Below, piece by piece: positions 45,490 to 55,376 of a stretch of DNA of 62,293 bases. The position numbers and the translations under genes are program-made. The notes under the pieces were generated by a model. That model was not told the origin of the DNA and searched no databases. It saw only the letters and a list, made by a program, of their open reading frames with translations. This DNA is from an uncultured Spirochaetia bacterium. Lineage in GTDB: Bacteria; Spirochaetota; CALGPD01. The DNA is taken from contig CAYUYT010000001.1 in the NCBI GenBank assembly GCA_964449345.1, positions 1 through 62,293 on the forward strand, written 5' to 3'. The first letter of the stretch is position 1, and every line of letters begins with the position of its first letter.

Positions 45490-46743
45490 TTAATCCTGCT
45501 TTTCATTGATTATCTCTGAAACAGTAACAAAGCGATAGCCCTTCTGCTCCATTTCTTTAACAAAATCAGGAAGAATGTAGATCAATTTATCAACTTTTCT
45601 ATTCGTTCCTAGATGCATTAATATTATCGAACCGTTCATTCCATAACGCGTATTTTTTTCATAGCTAATCAGCATTTCAAAAGCTTGTTTTCCGGTCATA
45701 AAAAGTGGGTTAGGAACGAGATTGCCATTTCTGCGGACAAGGCGTTTGGAAATATAATCCGGTATATCAAGTGAACGCCGGCCATTGTTTGACCAAAAAA
45801 TATGTTTTTCATAACCGAACCTTGCGGCAATTTTCAACACCGTATTATTTATTGCACCATAAGGTGCACGCCATATTTTTGTTAATTTGCGGCCTGTTAA
45901 ATTATAAAAACGGTCCTCAACCTGCATCATTTCTTTATGAAATCTTTCTAAGCTCAATGGTTCATCGGAAATATTTGTACGTCTTAATCGGTGTTTTAAC
46001 GATTTAACTTTCAAAGAACGCACCAAATTGAAATGACTCCATGTGTGATTACCGAATTCTACTTGATTTCCAAGTTTTGCAAATTTTCTAATCCAATAAA
46101 TATTTCGCCTTTTAAATAAAGAACCATATTTATAACTTGCGTTTTCATTTGATATAAAAATTGTAACTTTTATTCCCGTTTTTTTTATAAAATTATATAA
46201 AAACTCGCAATCCTCGCCCGAAGCTAGGTCAAATGTTAAAGAAATTTCCTTAAAACGAGTATTGCCGCGGATTATATTATACGCCTTAACGTTTTTTGTT
46301 TTATTTTTGATTTCCCTAAAATTTTCGGCGACAGGCTTTGATAAGTCTTTATCTTCAATATTTCTAAGTTTTTCTTTTAATATTTTCTGATATTTTTCTA
46401 CCCTGCGAATTTGCTCTTCTTCTTCCTGTTTTATACGGTTAATTTCCATTTGCAAATCCGTTATTTTATAATTCATGCTGTCAATAAATCTTTCGTGGGA
46501 CTTATTGCGGTAATATAAATAGGAAATAATGAAGCTTATTGCAATGACAACGAAAAGTATTAAAAAGAAAAAAACGCGTTTAAAATATTTTTTGGTTTTT
46601 TCTTTTGACACTATTTTTTCGTAATCTTTTTTGGAATAATCGGAAATGCTTTGTAAAACGTATTCATCAGGTACGTTGTCCGTATTTCCGTTTATTTTAT
46701 TATTTGCCCTTTTCATGTAATCCGTATTGTTATTTTTATTCAT
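45490..46743 (-). CDS. Membrane-anchored polysaccharide deacetylase (NodB homology) protein
   Basis: A TM segment and coiled coil are followed by ISLTFDLASGED and GNHTWSH (the NodB His motif). In motif 1 the second Asp is Leu. Confidence 0.7.
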   Translation of the reverse strand: MNKNNNTDYMKRANNKINGNTDNVPDEYVLQSISDYSKKDYEKIVSKEKTKKYFKRVFFFLILFVVIAISFIISYLYYRNKSHERFIDSMNYKITDLQMEINRIKQEEEEQIRRVEKYQKILKEKLRNIEDKDLSKPVAENFREIKNKTKNVKAYNIIRGNTRFKEISLTFDLASGEDCEFLYNFIKKTGIKVTIFISNENASYKYGSLFKRRNIYWIRKFAKLGNQVEFGNHTWSHFNLVRSLKVKSLKHRLRRTNISDEPLSLERFHKEMMQVEDRFYNLTGRKLTKIWRAPYGAINNTVLKIAARFGYEKHIFWSNNGRRSLDIPDYISKRLVRRNGNLVPNPLFMTGKQAFEMLISYEKNTRYGMNGSIILMHLGTNRKVDKLIYILPDFVKEMEQKGYRFVTVSEIINEKQD

Positions 46744-47131
46744 ATTATCAATAGAAAAATTTATTCTCTTTATTAATCGACTAAATACAACGGGTTAAGT
46801 TATTTTTTTTTTAAAAATCTAAATAAATTCAGTCGCTATTAATTGTTTTATGTATTTCCCCTAAATTAAATATAAAAATGTACCGGTACATAAAAACGGT
46901 GCAAACGGGATTCGTATCTTAACGTTATATTGCTTTAGACAATCCAAACCAAGAATATACAAGCCCTATAAAAGAAACAAACATAATAAAATAAAAACGC
47001 ACTTGTATCACGTGTTATTATTCTTGTTATGAATGTTTCCAAAAAGACACAAAAAAACATCAGACAATATGCAAAAAATATGTATTCCGGATTTTAATAT
47101 TGAACAAATGGCATTAATTTTTTCACCTCAA

Positions 47132-49660
47132 CTAGTTATTTATCGACGGTAAATTAAGTTTATCAGAACCATCGCTCATACCCGGAATATTTACATCGCT
47201 TTTTTTACCGCCAAATGTTTTATTTCTATCTTCTTTAAGTATATCAATCTTATTAATCTCGGTTTGTTTTACCATGTCTTCCTTCCATTCCATATCATAG
47301 TCCGTAGGTTGAGTGCCAGATAAAAATAATTCCTCATAAGTTTCATCAGTAGATTTTTTATGAACAAGTTTCCCGCTTCGTTTAGTTACTTCAACTTTAA
47401 CAATACCGCCGGGCATAGGCCACTCACGGTTTTTGTATTTCTCCGTTGCCTTTTTCATAAACTCCATCCAAACCGGAGCTGCAACTTTACCTCCATACTG
47501 CTCAGGCCCAAGGGAAATATTCGCTTTATCAAATCCCACCCACACGGCTGTAACAATATCCGGGGTAAAACCAACGAACCATGCATCTTTAGTAAACTGT
47601 GTCGTACCTGTTTTGCCGCCTGAAATCTTATGCCAGTTTGCCTCCTGGGCGGCTTCAGATCCGGTACCTTCCCTGACTACACCCCTCAACATATCAACGA
47701 GAATATAAGTCGGAGCTTCGGGCAGAATTTGTTTTCCGTTTTCAGGGTCGTTAGCGGTTTCCTCTTCAAAATTTCTAAAAATTTTCCCGTTCCTGTCGGT
47801 TATACGTAAAATTGAAATAGGTTTAACGCGTTTGCCTAAAGTAGCAAAAACGGCAAAACCTTTTGCCATTTCAAAAGGCGAAATCTCGTTAGTTCCAAGT
47901 CCGATACTTAAATCATACCTAAATCTTTGCTCCGGATTTTCAATACCCATTATCAAAGTTGCCATTTTCATTATAGTTTCCGGGGTTAAATTTTCCACCA
48001 GTTTTACAGAAACAATATTAACGGAAAAACGAAGAGCGTCTCTAAGCCGGAGTTTACCTAAGTAATTACCGCCCGCATTTTCAGGCACCCATACTGCGCC
48101 TGTATGGTCCTTAAATATAATTGGTTCGTCTTTCACGGTTGATGCGGCAGTAAACCGTCTGCTTAATAACGCCGTTATATAAACATAAGGTTTAAATGCG
48201 CTACCGGGTTGCCTTCTTGTCTGGTATGCTCTGTTAAGCTGGTTATTCTGGGTAAAACCCGTTCCTCCGACCAGCGCCAAAACGTGTCCGTTATTAACGT
48301 TAATGCTCACAAGAGCGCCTTGAGTTTTAACCCCCTGCTCTTCGGATATTTTCATTGCCCTGATTTTTTGAAGCATTGCGTTTAATTTTTCAGCTCCTGC
48401 TAAATAGGAAATTAAATCCGTTGTATTTAAAATTTCATTCCGCATTTTATTAACGAACTTATTTATTGCCTGTTTTTCTCTGAAATTGAAGTTTGCCGCG
48501 CCCATACCCATTCCAATAAAATCAAGGTATTTGGTAAATTTATTTTTAATTCTACTATAAATCTCTGCGTTTTTTTTCTTATAATATCTGTTTTGTTTTT
48601 CGGTTCTCTTTTTAATTAATTCTAAAGCAAGTTTTTGAAGTTTTAAATCAAGGGTTGTATAAATTTTATATCCGCCTGTGTATAATTCCTGCCCCTGAAA
48701 AATTTGTAATAATTGTTGCCTAATGTATTCTGACCAATAAGGTGCAAGATCAATTCTGTCCTGCCATGCGCTTTTAAACGAATTCGATATTAATCGGCTT
48801 TCAAAATTGACCCAGAATTCTTCAAAAGAATCCTGTGCCTGCTTTTTCGTTATAAATCCGTTTTTTATCATTTTAGATAACACGATTTTTTGTTTACGTC
48901 TGGCATGATTAGGAAACCTGATAGGAGAATAATAAACTGGCGCTGAAGGCAAAGAAACCAATATTGCAGATTCCGCCGGGCTAATCTCCCGCACACTTTT
49001 ACCAAAATAATACTGACACGCTGCCTCTGCCCCGTAAGTATTATGTCCGAAATATATCTGGTTTAAATATTTTTCCAGTATTTCTTCTTTAGTAAACTTT
49101 TTTTCGATTTGCAATGTATACCAAAGTTCTGTAAATTTTCGTAAAAAAGTACGCTGCCCTGTAGTAAAAAGGCGTTTTGCCAGTTGCTGTGTTAATGTAC
49201 TTCCTCCCTGTACAATACGCCCTGCAAGTATATTTTTTATCATAGCGCGTATAACGCCCCATGGGTCAATTCCGTTATGATTATAAAAGCTCTGGTCTTC
49301 AGTGGAAATTAAAGCTTTAATCAAATGTTTGGGGAATTCTTTATAAGGCACAATAGTTCTTTTGTAGAGAAAAAACTCGGTGATTTTTTTCCCGTTTCTA
49401 TCATAAACTTCCGTGGGTAACTCATAAACCGAATAATCGTCAAGCGCTCTTATATCCTTTAAATTTTTAAACTCATAAGACATCAAACCGACTACAACGC
49501 CGGAGCCAACGAAAATTAGAAATAAAAGAACAATAACGCATTGTTCGATTCTTCTAATTGTTATTCCTTTTTTTATTTTTATAAAAAATGATTTTATACC
49601 TAATAAAAAATTATGAAAACTCTCTGAAATGAGAATTAAAAATTCCAGTAAACTTTGCAT
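47132..49660 (-). CDS. mrcA: Penicillin-binding protein 1A (bifunctional transglycosylase/transpeptidase)
   Basis: GT51 motifs are STEDQSFYNHNGID, GGSTLTQQLAK and RKFTELWYTLQIEKKF. The transpeptidase motifs are PGSAFKP, SVN and KTGTT. Confidence 0.9.
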   Translation of the reverse strand: MQSLLEFLILISESFHNFLLGIKSFFIKIKKGITIRRIEQCVIVLLFLIFVGSGVVVGLMSYEFKNLKDIRALDDYSVYELPTEVYDRNGKKITEFFLYKRTIVPYKEFPKHLIKALISTEDQSFYNHNGIDPWGVIRAMIKNILAGRIVQGGSTLTQQLAKRLFTTGQRTFLRKFTELWYTLQIEKKFTKEEILEKYLNQIYFGHNTYGAEAACQYYFGKSVREISPAESAILVSLPSAPVYYSPIRFPNHARRKQKIVLSKMIKNGFITKKQAQDSFEEFWVNFESRLISNSFKSAWQDRIDLAPYWSEYIRQQLLQIFQGQELYTGGYKIYTTLDLKLQKLALELIKKRTEKQNRYYKKKNAEIYSRIKNKFTKYLDFIGMGMGAANFNFREKQAINKFVNKMRNEILNTTDLISYLAGAEKLNAMLQKIRAMKISEEQGVKTQGALVSINVNNGHVLALVGGTGFTQNNQLNRAYQTRRQPGSAFKPYVYITALLSRRFTAASTVKDEPIIFKDHTGAVWVPENAGGNYLGKLRLRDALRFSVNIVSVKLVENLTPETIMKMATLIMGIENPEQRFRYDLSIGLGTNEISPFEMAKGFAVFATLGKRVKPISILRITDRNGKIFRNFEEETANDPENGKQILPEAPTYILVDMLRGVVREGTGSEAAQEANWHKISGGKTGTTQFTKDAWFVGFTPDIVTAVWVGFDKANISLGPEQYGGKVAAPVWMEFMKKATEKYKNREWPMPGGIVKVEVTKRSGKLVHKKSTDETYEELFLSGTQPTDYDMEWKEDMVKQTEINKIDILKEDRNKTFGGKKSDVNIPGMSDGSDKLNLPSINN

Positions 49661-49901
49661 ATAATTTACAATATCTCCGTATATTTTTTTCTATTGAAAT
49701 TTAATAAAAACGTTATTCTTAGCATAGTGTTATTAGTAAAGTAACGCACATTTTGTTCTGTTAACTAATAAAACGGATAAAAATATACTTTGGAACTTGA
49801 TTTTTACTTTTATCAAAAATATTTTTAATATAGAAAAAAATGTATTATGTTAACAAATAAATCTGCCGAATTTTTTAAAAACATGACTTTAGGTTAAAAT
49901 T

Positions 49902-50513
49902 ATGAAAAAACTAACAATATTATTCATTTCTCTTATTTTTATTTTTTCTTCCACGGTTTTCTCAAAACGAGGAAATAAAAAAGGAAGTTCAATACAAGCG
50001 CGTCTTGTAGCACAAATCTATAATATTTATAAAACCCAATCATACCGTAAAGCGCTTAAAATAACTACGGGTTCGATGAAAAAGCGGTTTAAAAAACTTT
50101 ATGATTATTTAAGAATGCATCAATACAGGATTCCTACCCGTCTAAAAAAACTTAGCGCTATGCTTCACGATTACCGTTTCGTCGGGCAATACGACCAAAC
50201 CTTAAAAGGGAAAAAATATTCCTTGATTGACTGTATCTGGGTTTTGAAATATAGAGACAATTCAAAGTACGGCAGCGGAATGACTAAAACGAAAATCGTT
50301 GTAAGGGCTTATCTCGTTAAAAAAGTAAAAGGAAGATGGAAAGTTTCTTCCGAAAAATTTATTACCGAGCATATTCTCAGGGACGAAGAGTTTAAACATA
50401 ACAAGATGATTGAGCGCAGTATAAAAAAACAACGTATCAAAAGAATGAGACGAAAAAGATATGGCGGGGCACGACAATACCGCAGAAGGCGTTATTACAG
50501 AAGAAATGGATAG
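49902..50513 (+). CDS. Hypothetical secreted protein with Arg-rich C-terminal tail
   Basis: Signal peptide MKKLTILFISLIFIFSSTVFS. The C-terminus is KKQRIKRMRRKRYGGARQYRRRRYYRRNG. I recognise no family. Confidence 0.45.
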   Translation: MKKLTILFISLIFIFSSTVFSKRGNKKGSSIQARLVAQIYNIYKTQSYRKALKITTGSMKKRFKKLYDYLRMHQYRIPTRLKKLSAMLHDYRFVGQYDQTLKGKKYSLIDCIWVLKYRDNSKYGSGMTKTKIVVRAYLVKKVKGRWKVSSEKFITEHILRDEEFKHNKMIERSIKKQRIKRMRRKRYGGARQYRRRRYYRRNG

Positions 50514-50716
50514 ATTATTGATTCATTTGGCTCTAGCAAGTTACAAAAAGGCCATATCGTCCAATGTTACCTCTATTCAAATATGCCCATGATTAAAACT
50601 TTCAAGCTTAATCTTACCGGATGATTTTGCTAATTTACATTACTAAAATATTAAAATCCTTAACTTATTCAAGTAATAAAGCCTTTTATAAAAATTGAAT
50701 TTTTAACCATTTCTAT

Positions 50717-50825
50717 CTTTACGCTAATACAACCCTCCTTTAAACTATGGAATATATCTTAAAAAAACATAAAGATAAATGCCCGTAGAAAAGGCAAATC
50801 TGCGTTTTTTATGAAAAATATTTTT
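50717..50825 (+). repeat. Dispersed repeat, copy D (3'-end module shared with the priA 3' flank)
   Basis: ctttacgctaata...tatatcttaaaaaaacataaagataaatgcccgtagaaaaggcaaatctgcgttttttatgaaaaata aligns to 13258-13375. The 52-nt core has about 85 percent identity by hand count. Confidence 0.75.
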
Positions 50826-50860
50826 ACTAAGAATGAAAGGACTGTGGTATTGTATGCAAT

Positions 50861-51793
50861 TTATACACATCTTTCAAGTATCCAGTCTGCGATGTTAAAA
50901 ACGCTTTGCTTTTCTAAAAACAAATCCGATATGTTTGAATGTAAAAAATCATCAAGTAATTCCAAATCAAATAATTCGTCGTTGTTTATTCTGTTTGAAA
51001 AGTTAACCGAATGTTTATAGTTGACAACGGGATCGTTTTTCCCATGAATCAAAAGTGTTTGAATTTTCTCATTCCCTGTAACAAAGTTAATTGGGTTGGC
51101 TTTGTCAAAATTTTTCAGACTGCCCAGTACTTTAAGAATTTTTTCCCTTTCATAGCGCTGAAAGATTAAATTTAAATCAAGGGGACCCGAAATGCTTATA
51201 AAATTTTTAATTTTACTGCAAGGTATACCGTATTTTTTTCGTTTATTTTTTTTATACGTTAATAACGCTCCTAAATGGGCACCGGATGATTGTCCCGCTA
51301 TAACAATTTTATCCTTGGGAAAATTAAATTTCTTATAATTCAAAAAAGTTTCCAAACCTTGAAAAACGTCATTTTCCATTGTAGGATAAACGTAATATGG
51401 GGCTTTTCTGTAAGAGGGCATAACGCATGGAATACCGTAAGAAGCAAAGTAATAACCGATAAAAGCAAAATCTTCAGGATTACCGTATTGCCAGCCCCCG
51501 CCATGAATAAAATAAACCGTAAAATTTGCAATTTTATTTCTTTGGGGAAGGAATAAAACCAGATAACGGTTTTCACTTTCATTAATATTTAAATACAGCT
51601 TTTTTGCAAAATCTCTATTTTTAACGGTGTAATAAACCGCTTTTGCTCCCATAGTTATTAACGATAAATATTCGGTAAGTCGCTCTTTTGTAAAATACTC
51701 TACGATATCATTCCTTTGAATAATATTTTCTATTTTCCGTTTAAATATGCTTTCCATAACATTAAGTATAGGATAAATTATTGGAGTTTTCAA
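50861..51793 (-). CDS. Alpha/beta hydrolase (esterase/lipase, HGGG type)
   Basis: The oxyanion motif is FIHGGGW and the nucleophile elbow is AGQSSGAHL, with late HGKNDPVV and a histidine. Confidence 0.75.
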   Translation of the reverse strand: MKTPIIYPILNVMESIFKRKIENIIQRNDIVEYFTKERLTEYLSLITMGAKAVYYTVKNRDFAKKLYLNINESENRYLVLFLPQRNKIANFTVYFIHGGGWQYGNPEDFAFIGYYFASYGIPCVMPSYRKAPYYVYPTMENDVFQGLETFLNYKKFNFPKDKIVIAGQSSGAHLGALLTYKKNKRKKYGIPCSKIKNFISISGPLDLNLIFQRYEREKILKVLGSLKNFDKANPINFVTGNEKIQTLLIHGKNDPVVNYKHSVNFSNRINNDELFDLELLDDFLHSNISDLFLEKQSVFNIADWILERCV

Positions 51794-51815
51794 ATAGTGA
51801 GTAGTATTTACCGTG

Positions 51816-53303
51816 TTATTCCGTTTTATCTATTATAATAATAGCAACATCATCATTAAAATGCGTTTCTTCGGTATATGAAAAAATATCATTATATAAC
51901 GCCTCAACTAATTTTTCCTGCCCAAAACTATGGTTTTTTTTAATAAAATCATAAAAACGTTTTTTACCGTAGATTTTTTCATAATCTCTAGTATGTTTTT
52001 GGGACGCTTCAATGAGTCCGTCTGTGTATAAAATAATCCTGTCGCCTTTTTCAAGGGTTACTTTTTCAACCTTAAATTCATAATTCCGATTAAAACCAAT
52101 TACTGAACCATCAGCAACGAGTTCGGTTATTTGCCCTTGCCGTATTAATAAAATTGGAAGATGCCCTGCGTTTGCATAAGACATTTCACCAAAGCGTTTA
52201 TTGATTACGCAATAAGCCCCTGAAAAATACATACCGTGCATATGATAGTTTAACGTTTCTCGAAGATAATCTAAAAAAACTCCCGGGTTTTTCTGAATAA
52301 CTCTATTATATGACATACCGAGTTTAATCATTGATGTAATAAAAGCGGCGGGTACGCCGTGCCCTGACACATCGCAAATCAAAGTACCTAATAAATCTTC
52401 TGATATTTCAATAAAATCGTATAAATCTCCGCCTAATTTATCAAGCGGGTTGTACGACGTATATATTTCAAATCCCGAAAATTTCGGAGGATGAGCCGGT
52501 ATTATACCTAATTGAATTTTACGGGCATAAGACAAATCTTTTTCTATAATTACGTTGCGTTTGGTCAATTCTTCCTTGGTTTTTTCAAGCTCGTTTATAG
52601 TATCCCGCAAATCTTTTGTGCGTTCTTTTACTTTTTCTTCAAGTGAGTTTCTTTCCTGTTCAAGTTCGTCGTAAAGCAAGGCGTTATGTATTGCTGTTCC
52701 GATTTGTTCTATAAAATATTCCATTCTGTTTATGTCGTCTTCGGTTAAATCCAATTTTTTGGTATGTGTGCTCATAAAAATTGCGCCGATTGCCTGGTCC
52801 TGTACAATAATCGGGTGAATTACGTTGCTTTTTATTTGCATTGCAATTGCAGCTTGTCTGTTTGCCGGATTTTCAATATCGTTATAATCCACTTCCGGGA
52901 AGTAAATAAAATCTTTGTTTAAGATTGATACGGCGATTGCCCCTCCCATTTTAATATTTAGAGGGAATTTTACGTTAAACAACCGTTGTTCGATTTCTTT
53001 TAAGTATTCGGGAAAACTTACTTTATAGAATTCGTAATATTTACGTTCTTTATCCACTAACATTATAACAACGCCTTCAACGTTAAATAAATTGCGTAAT
53101 TCCGTTATTATCATTTCAAGGACTTCATCTTCTTTAAGCGAAGAATTTATTGCGGTAGTTACTTTTCTAATTCTAGTAAACTCATCGCTTACTTCTTTTT
53201 TTGCTTTTTCAAGTTCGGTTTCAAGATGTTTTACCTTTGATTCGAGTTCTTTAATTTGACTTTTTAGTTGTTTAATTTTTTGCTGCGGTTTTGATTCGGA
53301 CAA
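51816..53303 (-). CDS. GAF-domain SpoIIE/PP2C-family serine phosphatase
   Basis: An N-terminal coiled coil and GAF-like segment (VVIMLVDKERKYYEF...GAIFMST) are followed by a second coiled coil. The PP2C part has GGDLYDF, LICDVSGHGVPAAF, YTDGLIE and NDDVAIIIIDK. It starts 22 nt before the hydrolase gene, so they are probably one operon. Confidence 0.8.
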   Translation of the reverse strand: MSESKPQQKIKQLKSQIKELESKVKHLETELEKAKKEVSDEFTRIRKVTTAINSSLKEDEVLEMIITELRNLFNVEGVVIMLVDKERKYYEFYKVSFPEYLKEIEQRLFNVKFPLNIKMGGAIAVSILNKDFIYFPEVDYNDIENPANRQAAIAMQIKSNVIHPIIVQDQAIGAIFMSTHTKKLDLTEDDINRMEYFIEQIGTAIHNALLYDELEQERNSLEEKVKERTKDLRDTINELEKTKEELTKRNVIIEKDLSYARKIQLGIIPAHPPKFSGFEIYTSYNPLDKLGGDLYDFIEISEDLLGTLICDVSGHGVPAAFITSMIKLGMSYNRVIQKNPGVFLDYLRETLNYHMHGMYFSGAYCVINKRFGEMSYANAGHLPILLIRQGQITELVADGSVIGFNRNYEFKVEKVTLEKGDRIILYTDGLIEASQKHTRDYEKIYGKKRFYDFIKKNHSFGQEKLVEALYNDIFSYTEETHFNDDVAIIIIDKTE

Positions 53304-53476
53304 TAGTAAACCCTTTTTTGAAGCATTGATTTTTAATTATTCTAAAATATAACAACGGGAAAATCAATGTGCAATAGTATTAATTGTTTTGTTAGCTAAT
53401 ATTTTCTCATCTTTAAAATAAAAAATTGAAATTTTAAAATTCTATGTTATAATACAATGAAAAACGGAGAGTTTAC

Positions 53477-53869
53477 ATGGCAAATAAAACCATAAAACAA
53501 ATCGTGCATTTTAACGCGGCACCGGATAAAGTTTATGAAATTTTACTAAACGGAAAAAAACAAAGCGAATTAACAGGCTATGAAGCGAAAATAAGCAAAG
53601 ATGTGGGCGGTAAGCTTTCAATGTATGACGGCTATATAAACGGTGAAAACGTTGAACTCGTTCCCGGTAAAAAAATTGTGCAAACATGGCAGGTTTCGGG
53701 GTTGGCCGATGCAGAACCCTCGGAAACGATTTATGAATTAGCCGAAAAAAACGGAGGAACTGAACTTGTTTTTACTCAAACAAACATACCCGAAGAACAC
53801 TATGATGAATTATTCGATGCATGGATGTATTTTTACTGGGCACCAATACAGGAAGAGTTGGAAGAATAA
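53477..53869 (+). CDS. SRPBCC / AHSA1-like small protein
   Basis: 130 aa, with IKQIVHFNAAPDKVYEILLN...QTWQVSG...LVFTQTNIPEEHYDE typical of the Aha1-like SRPBCC fold. Confidence 0.6.
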   Translation: MANKTIKQIVHFNAAPDKVYEILLNGKKQSELTGYEAKISKDVGGKLSMYDGYINGENVELVPGKKIVQTWQVSGLADAEPSETIYELAEKNGGTELVFTQTNIPEEHYDELFDAWMYFYWAPIQEELEE

Positions 53870-53888
53870 AATAAAGCAAACGTAACTG

Positions 53889-54758
53889 TTAATCATTTTG
53901 CTCTATTGTTATTTGCCCTGTTCTGTGTTTGATTATTTTATAAACAAGTCCTTTAACCGGAATTTTTAAAACAATCAATCTCTGCACTGTACGAACGCCT
54001 GGCAAGAATAATTCCTTTTGCTCTAAATTAGTCCAAATCTTTTGATTTTTTGCGTAATTATTAGGATCTAAGATATATATATCAAGGTTCGCTTTTGCCC
54101 GGTCTCTCTTTGCAAGCCTAAATTTTACGCCTAATACGCCTGCCCATAAAAATTTATGTTCAAAACCCAAAAACGAAATCCATTTTTTATAATAAAGCTG
54201 ATAAGCAAAAATCCCTATCTGGTTACCTCTAACGCGGACTTTCTCATGCACCTTTTTAATGTCCCCGTCATCAAGTTCTTCAATTCGCATGGTAATAAAA
54301 TCCGCAGCCGAGTTAATTATTTTTATCCTTCCTACTGTTTCTTCTTTAAAAAGTAAATAAAGACTCCTGTTTAGCATTATAAACATTGCAATGAAAGCAA
54401 TTATTAATAAAACAAAAACCGAACCTATAATTTTTTTCAAACGCAAAAATAAAAAGAATATTATCGCTGATACGGCTAAAGTAATTAGCTGTGTATAATG
54501 AAATTTTGAATACCTGAAAAACAGAAAAAAAACAACAATATATAAAACAGCCAAACTTACTCTAATAAAACGCGTTTTAATAAATTTAACAACAGGGTTT
54601 GCCTGTTTTTCTCCTTGTTGATAATCTTGGCGGCGGGACGTTTCAAGCGAAGATTTTTGCTTTTTCTTTTTTTTAGATGCTAAAAGTGCAATGAAAAAAC
54701 CAAGCCCGGTTGCTAAAAAGTGATTTAATAATCCGTAGAGTGAATAATCAAGCTTCAT
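53889..54758 (-). CDS. Hypothetical multi-pass membrane protein with ~150-aa C-terminal soluble domain
   Basis: About 4 hydrophobic helices (aa 10-130) and then a soluble C-terminal half. It starts 17 nt after the oxidoreductase gene stop on the same strand. I recognise no family. Confidence 0.5.
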   Translation of the reverse strand: MKLDYSLYGLLNHFLATGLGFFIALLASKKKKKQKSSLETSRRQDYQQGEKQANPVVKFIKTRFIRVSLAVLYIVVFFLFFRYSKFHYTQLITLAVSAIIFFLFLRLKKIIGSVFVLLIIAFIAMFIMLNRSLYLLFKEETVGRIKIINSAADFITMRIEELDDGDIKKVHEKVRVRGNQIGIFAYQLYYKKWISFLGFEHKFLWAGVLGVKFRLAKRDRAKANLDIYILDPNNYAKNQKIWTNLEQKELFLPGVRTVQRLIVLKIPVKGLVYKIIKHRTGQITIEQND

Positions 54759-54775
54759 AGATTTACTGCAATTCC

Positions 54776-55351
54776 TTATTTAATATTTGCGACGATTTTT
54801 TCTGCCTTTAAAAGCCATTTTTCCCGTTTTTTATCTGTGGAATTATCAATAGAAGCAAAACTAAACCATTTTACTTTTTTTATTCCACAGAATTTAAGCG
54901 TTCCTTTTATTAACGTTCTTTTTATAGGGCTTTTTAAAAAACATGAGTAATAAAACTTAGGTGAACTCATTGTTGTGAAAACTGCTGCCCCTTTGAAGTG
55001 TTTTAAATACGGCTTTGGAAATATTTTTTCTTTTTTAAAAGCAAATAAAGGCAAAAACACTTTATCAATAAATCCCTTTAAAATTGCGGGCATTGTTGTC
55101 CACCAAATAGGGAAAACGAAAAATAAATATTCAGCATTTTTAATTCTATCCTGATATTGTTTTACTTTCGGGTCTTTTGATTCACCTTTTGAATAAACAG
55201 CAAGGGATTCTTTATCAAGCACAGGGTTAAAATTATCCTCGTTCAAATCCAAAATATCAATTTCGTTGTTATTTTCTTTTAAGCCCTTTTGAATTTTTTC
55301 CAATATTGCATTATTGAAACTTTTTTCGTAGGGATGGGCATATATTATCAT
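54776..55351 (-). CDS. Flavodoxin-like fold NAD(P)H oxidoreductase (Flavodoxin_2 / quinone reductase family)
   Basis: The internal start is MIIYAHPYEKSFNNAILEKI. DLNEDNFNPVL and AEYLFFVFPIWWTTMPAILKGFIDKVF match the NQO/MdaB/KefF-type family. The start is moved from 55429 to 55351 so the gene no longer overlaps the upstream gene. Confidence 0.8.
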   Translation of the reverse strand: MIIYAHPYEKSFNNAILEKIQKGLKENNNEIDILDLNEDNFNPVLDKESLAVYSKGESKDPKVKQYQDRIKNAEYLFFVFPIWWTTMPAILKGFIDKVFLPLFAFKKEKIFPKPYLKHFKGAAVFTTMSSPKFYYSCFLKSPIKRTLIKGTLKFCGIKKVKWFSFASIDNSTDKKREKWLLKAEKIVANIK

Positions 55352-55376
55352 TACTTTCACTTGCAACCTCCTAAGA

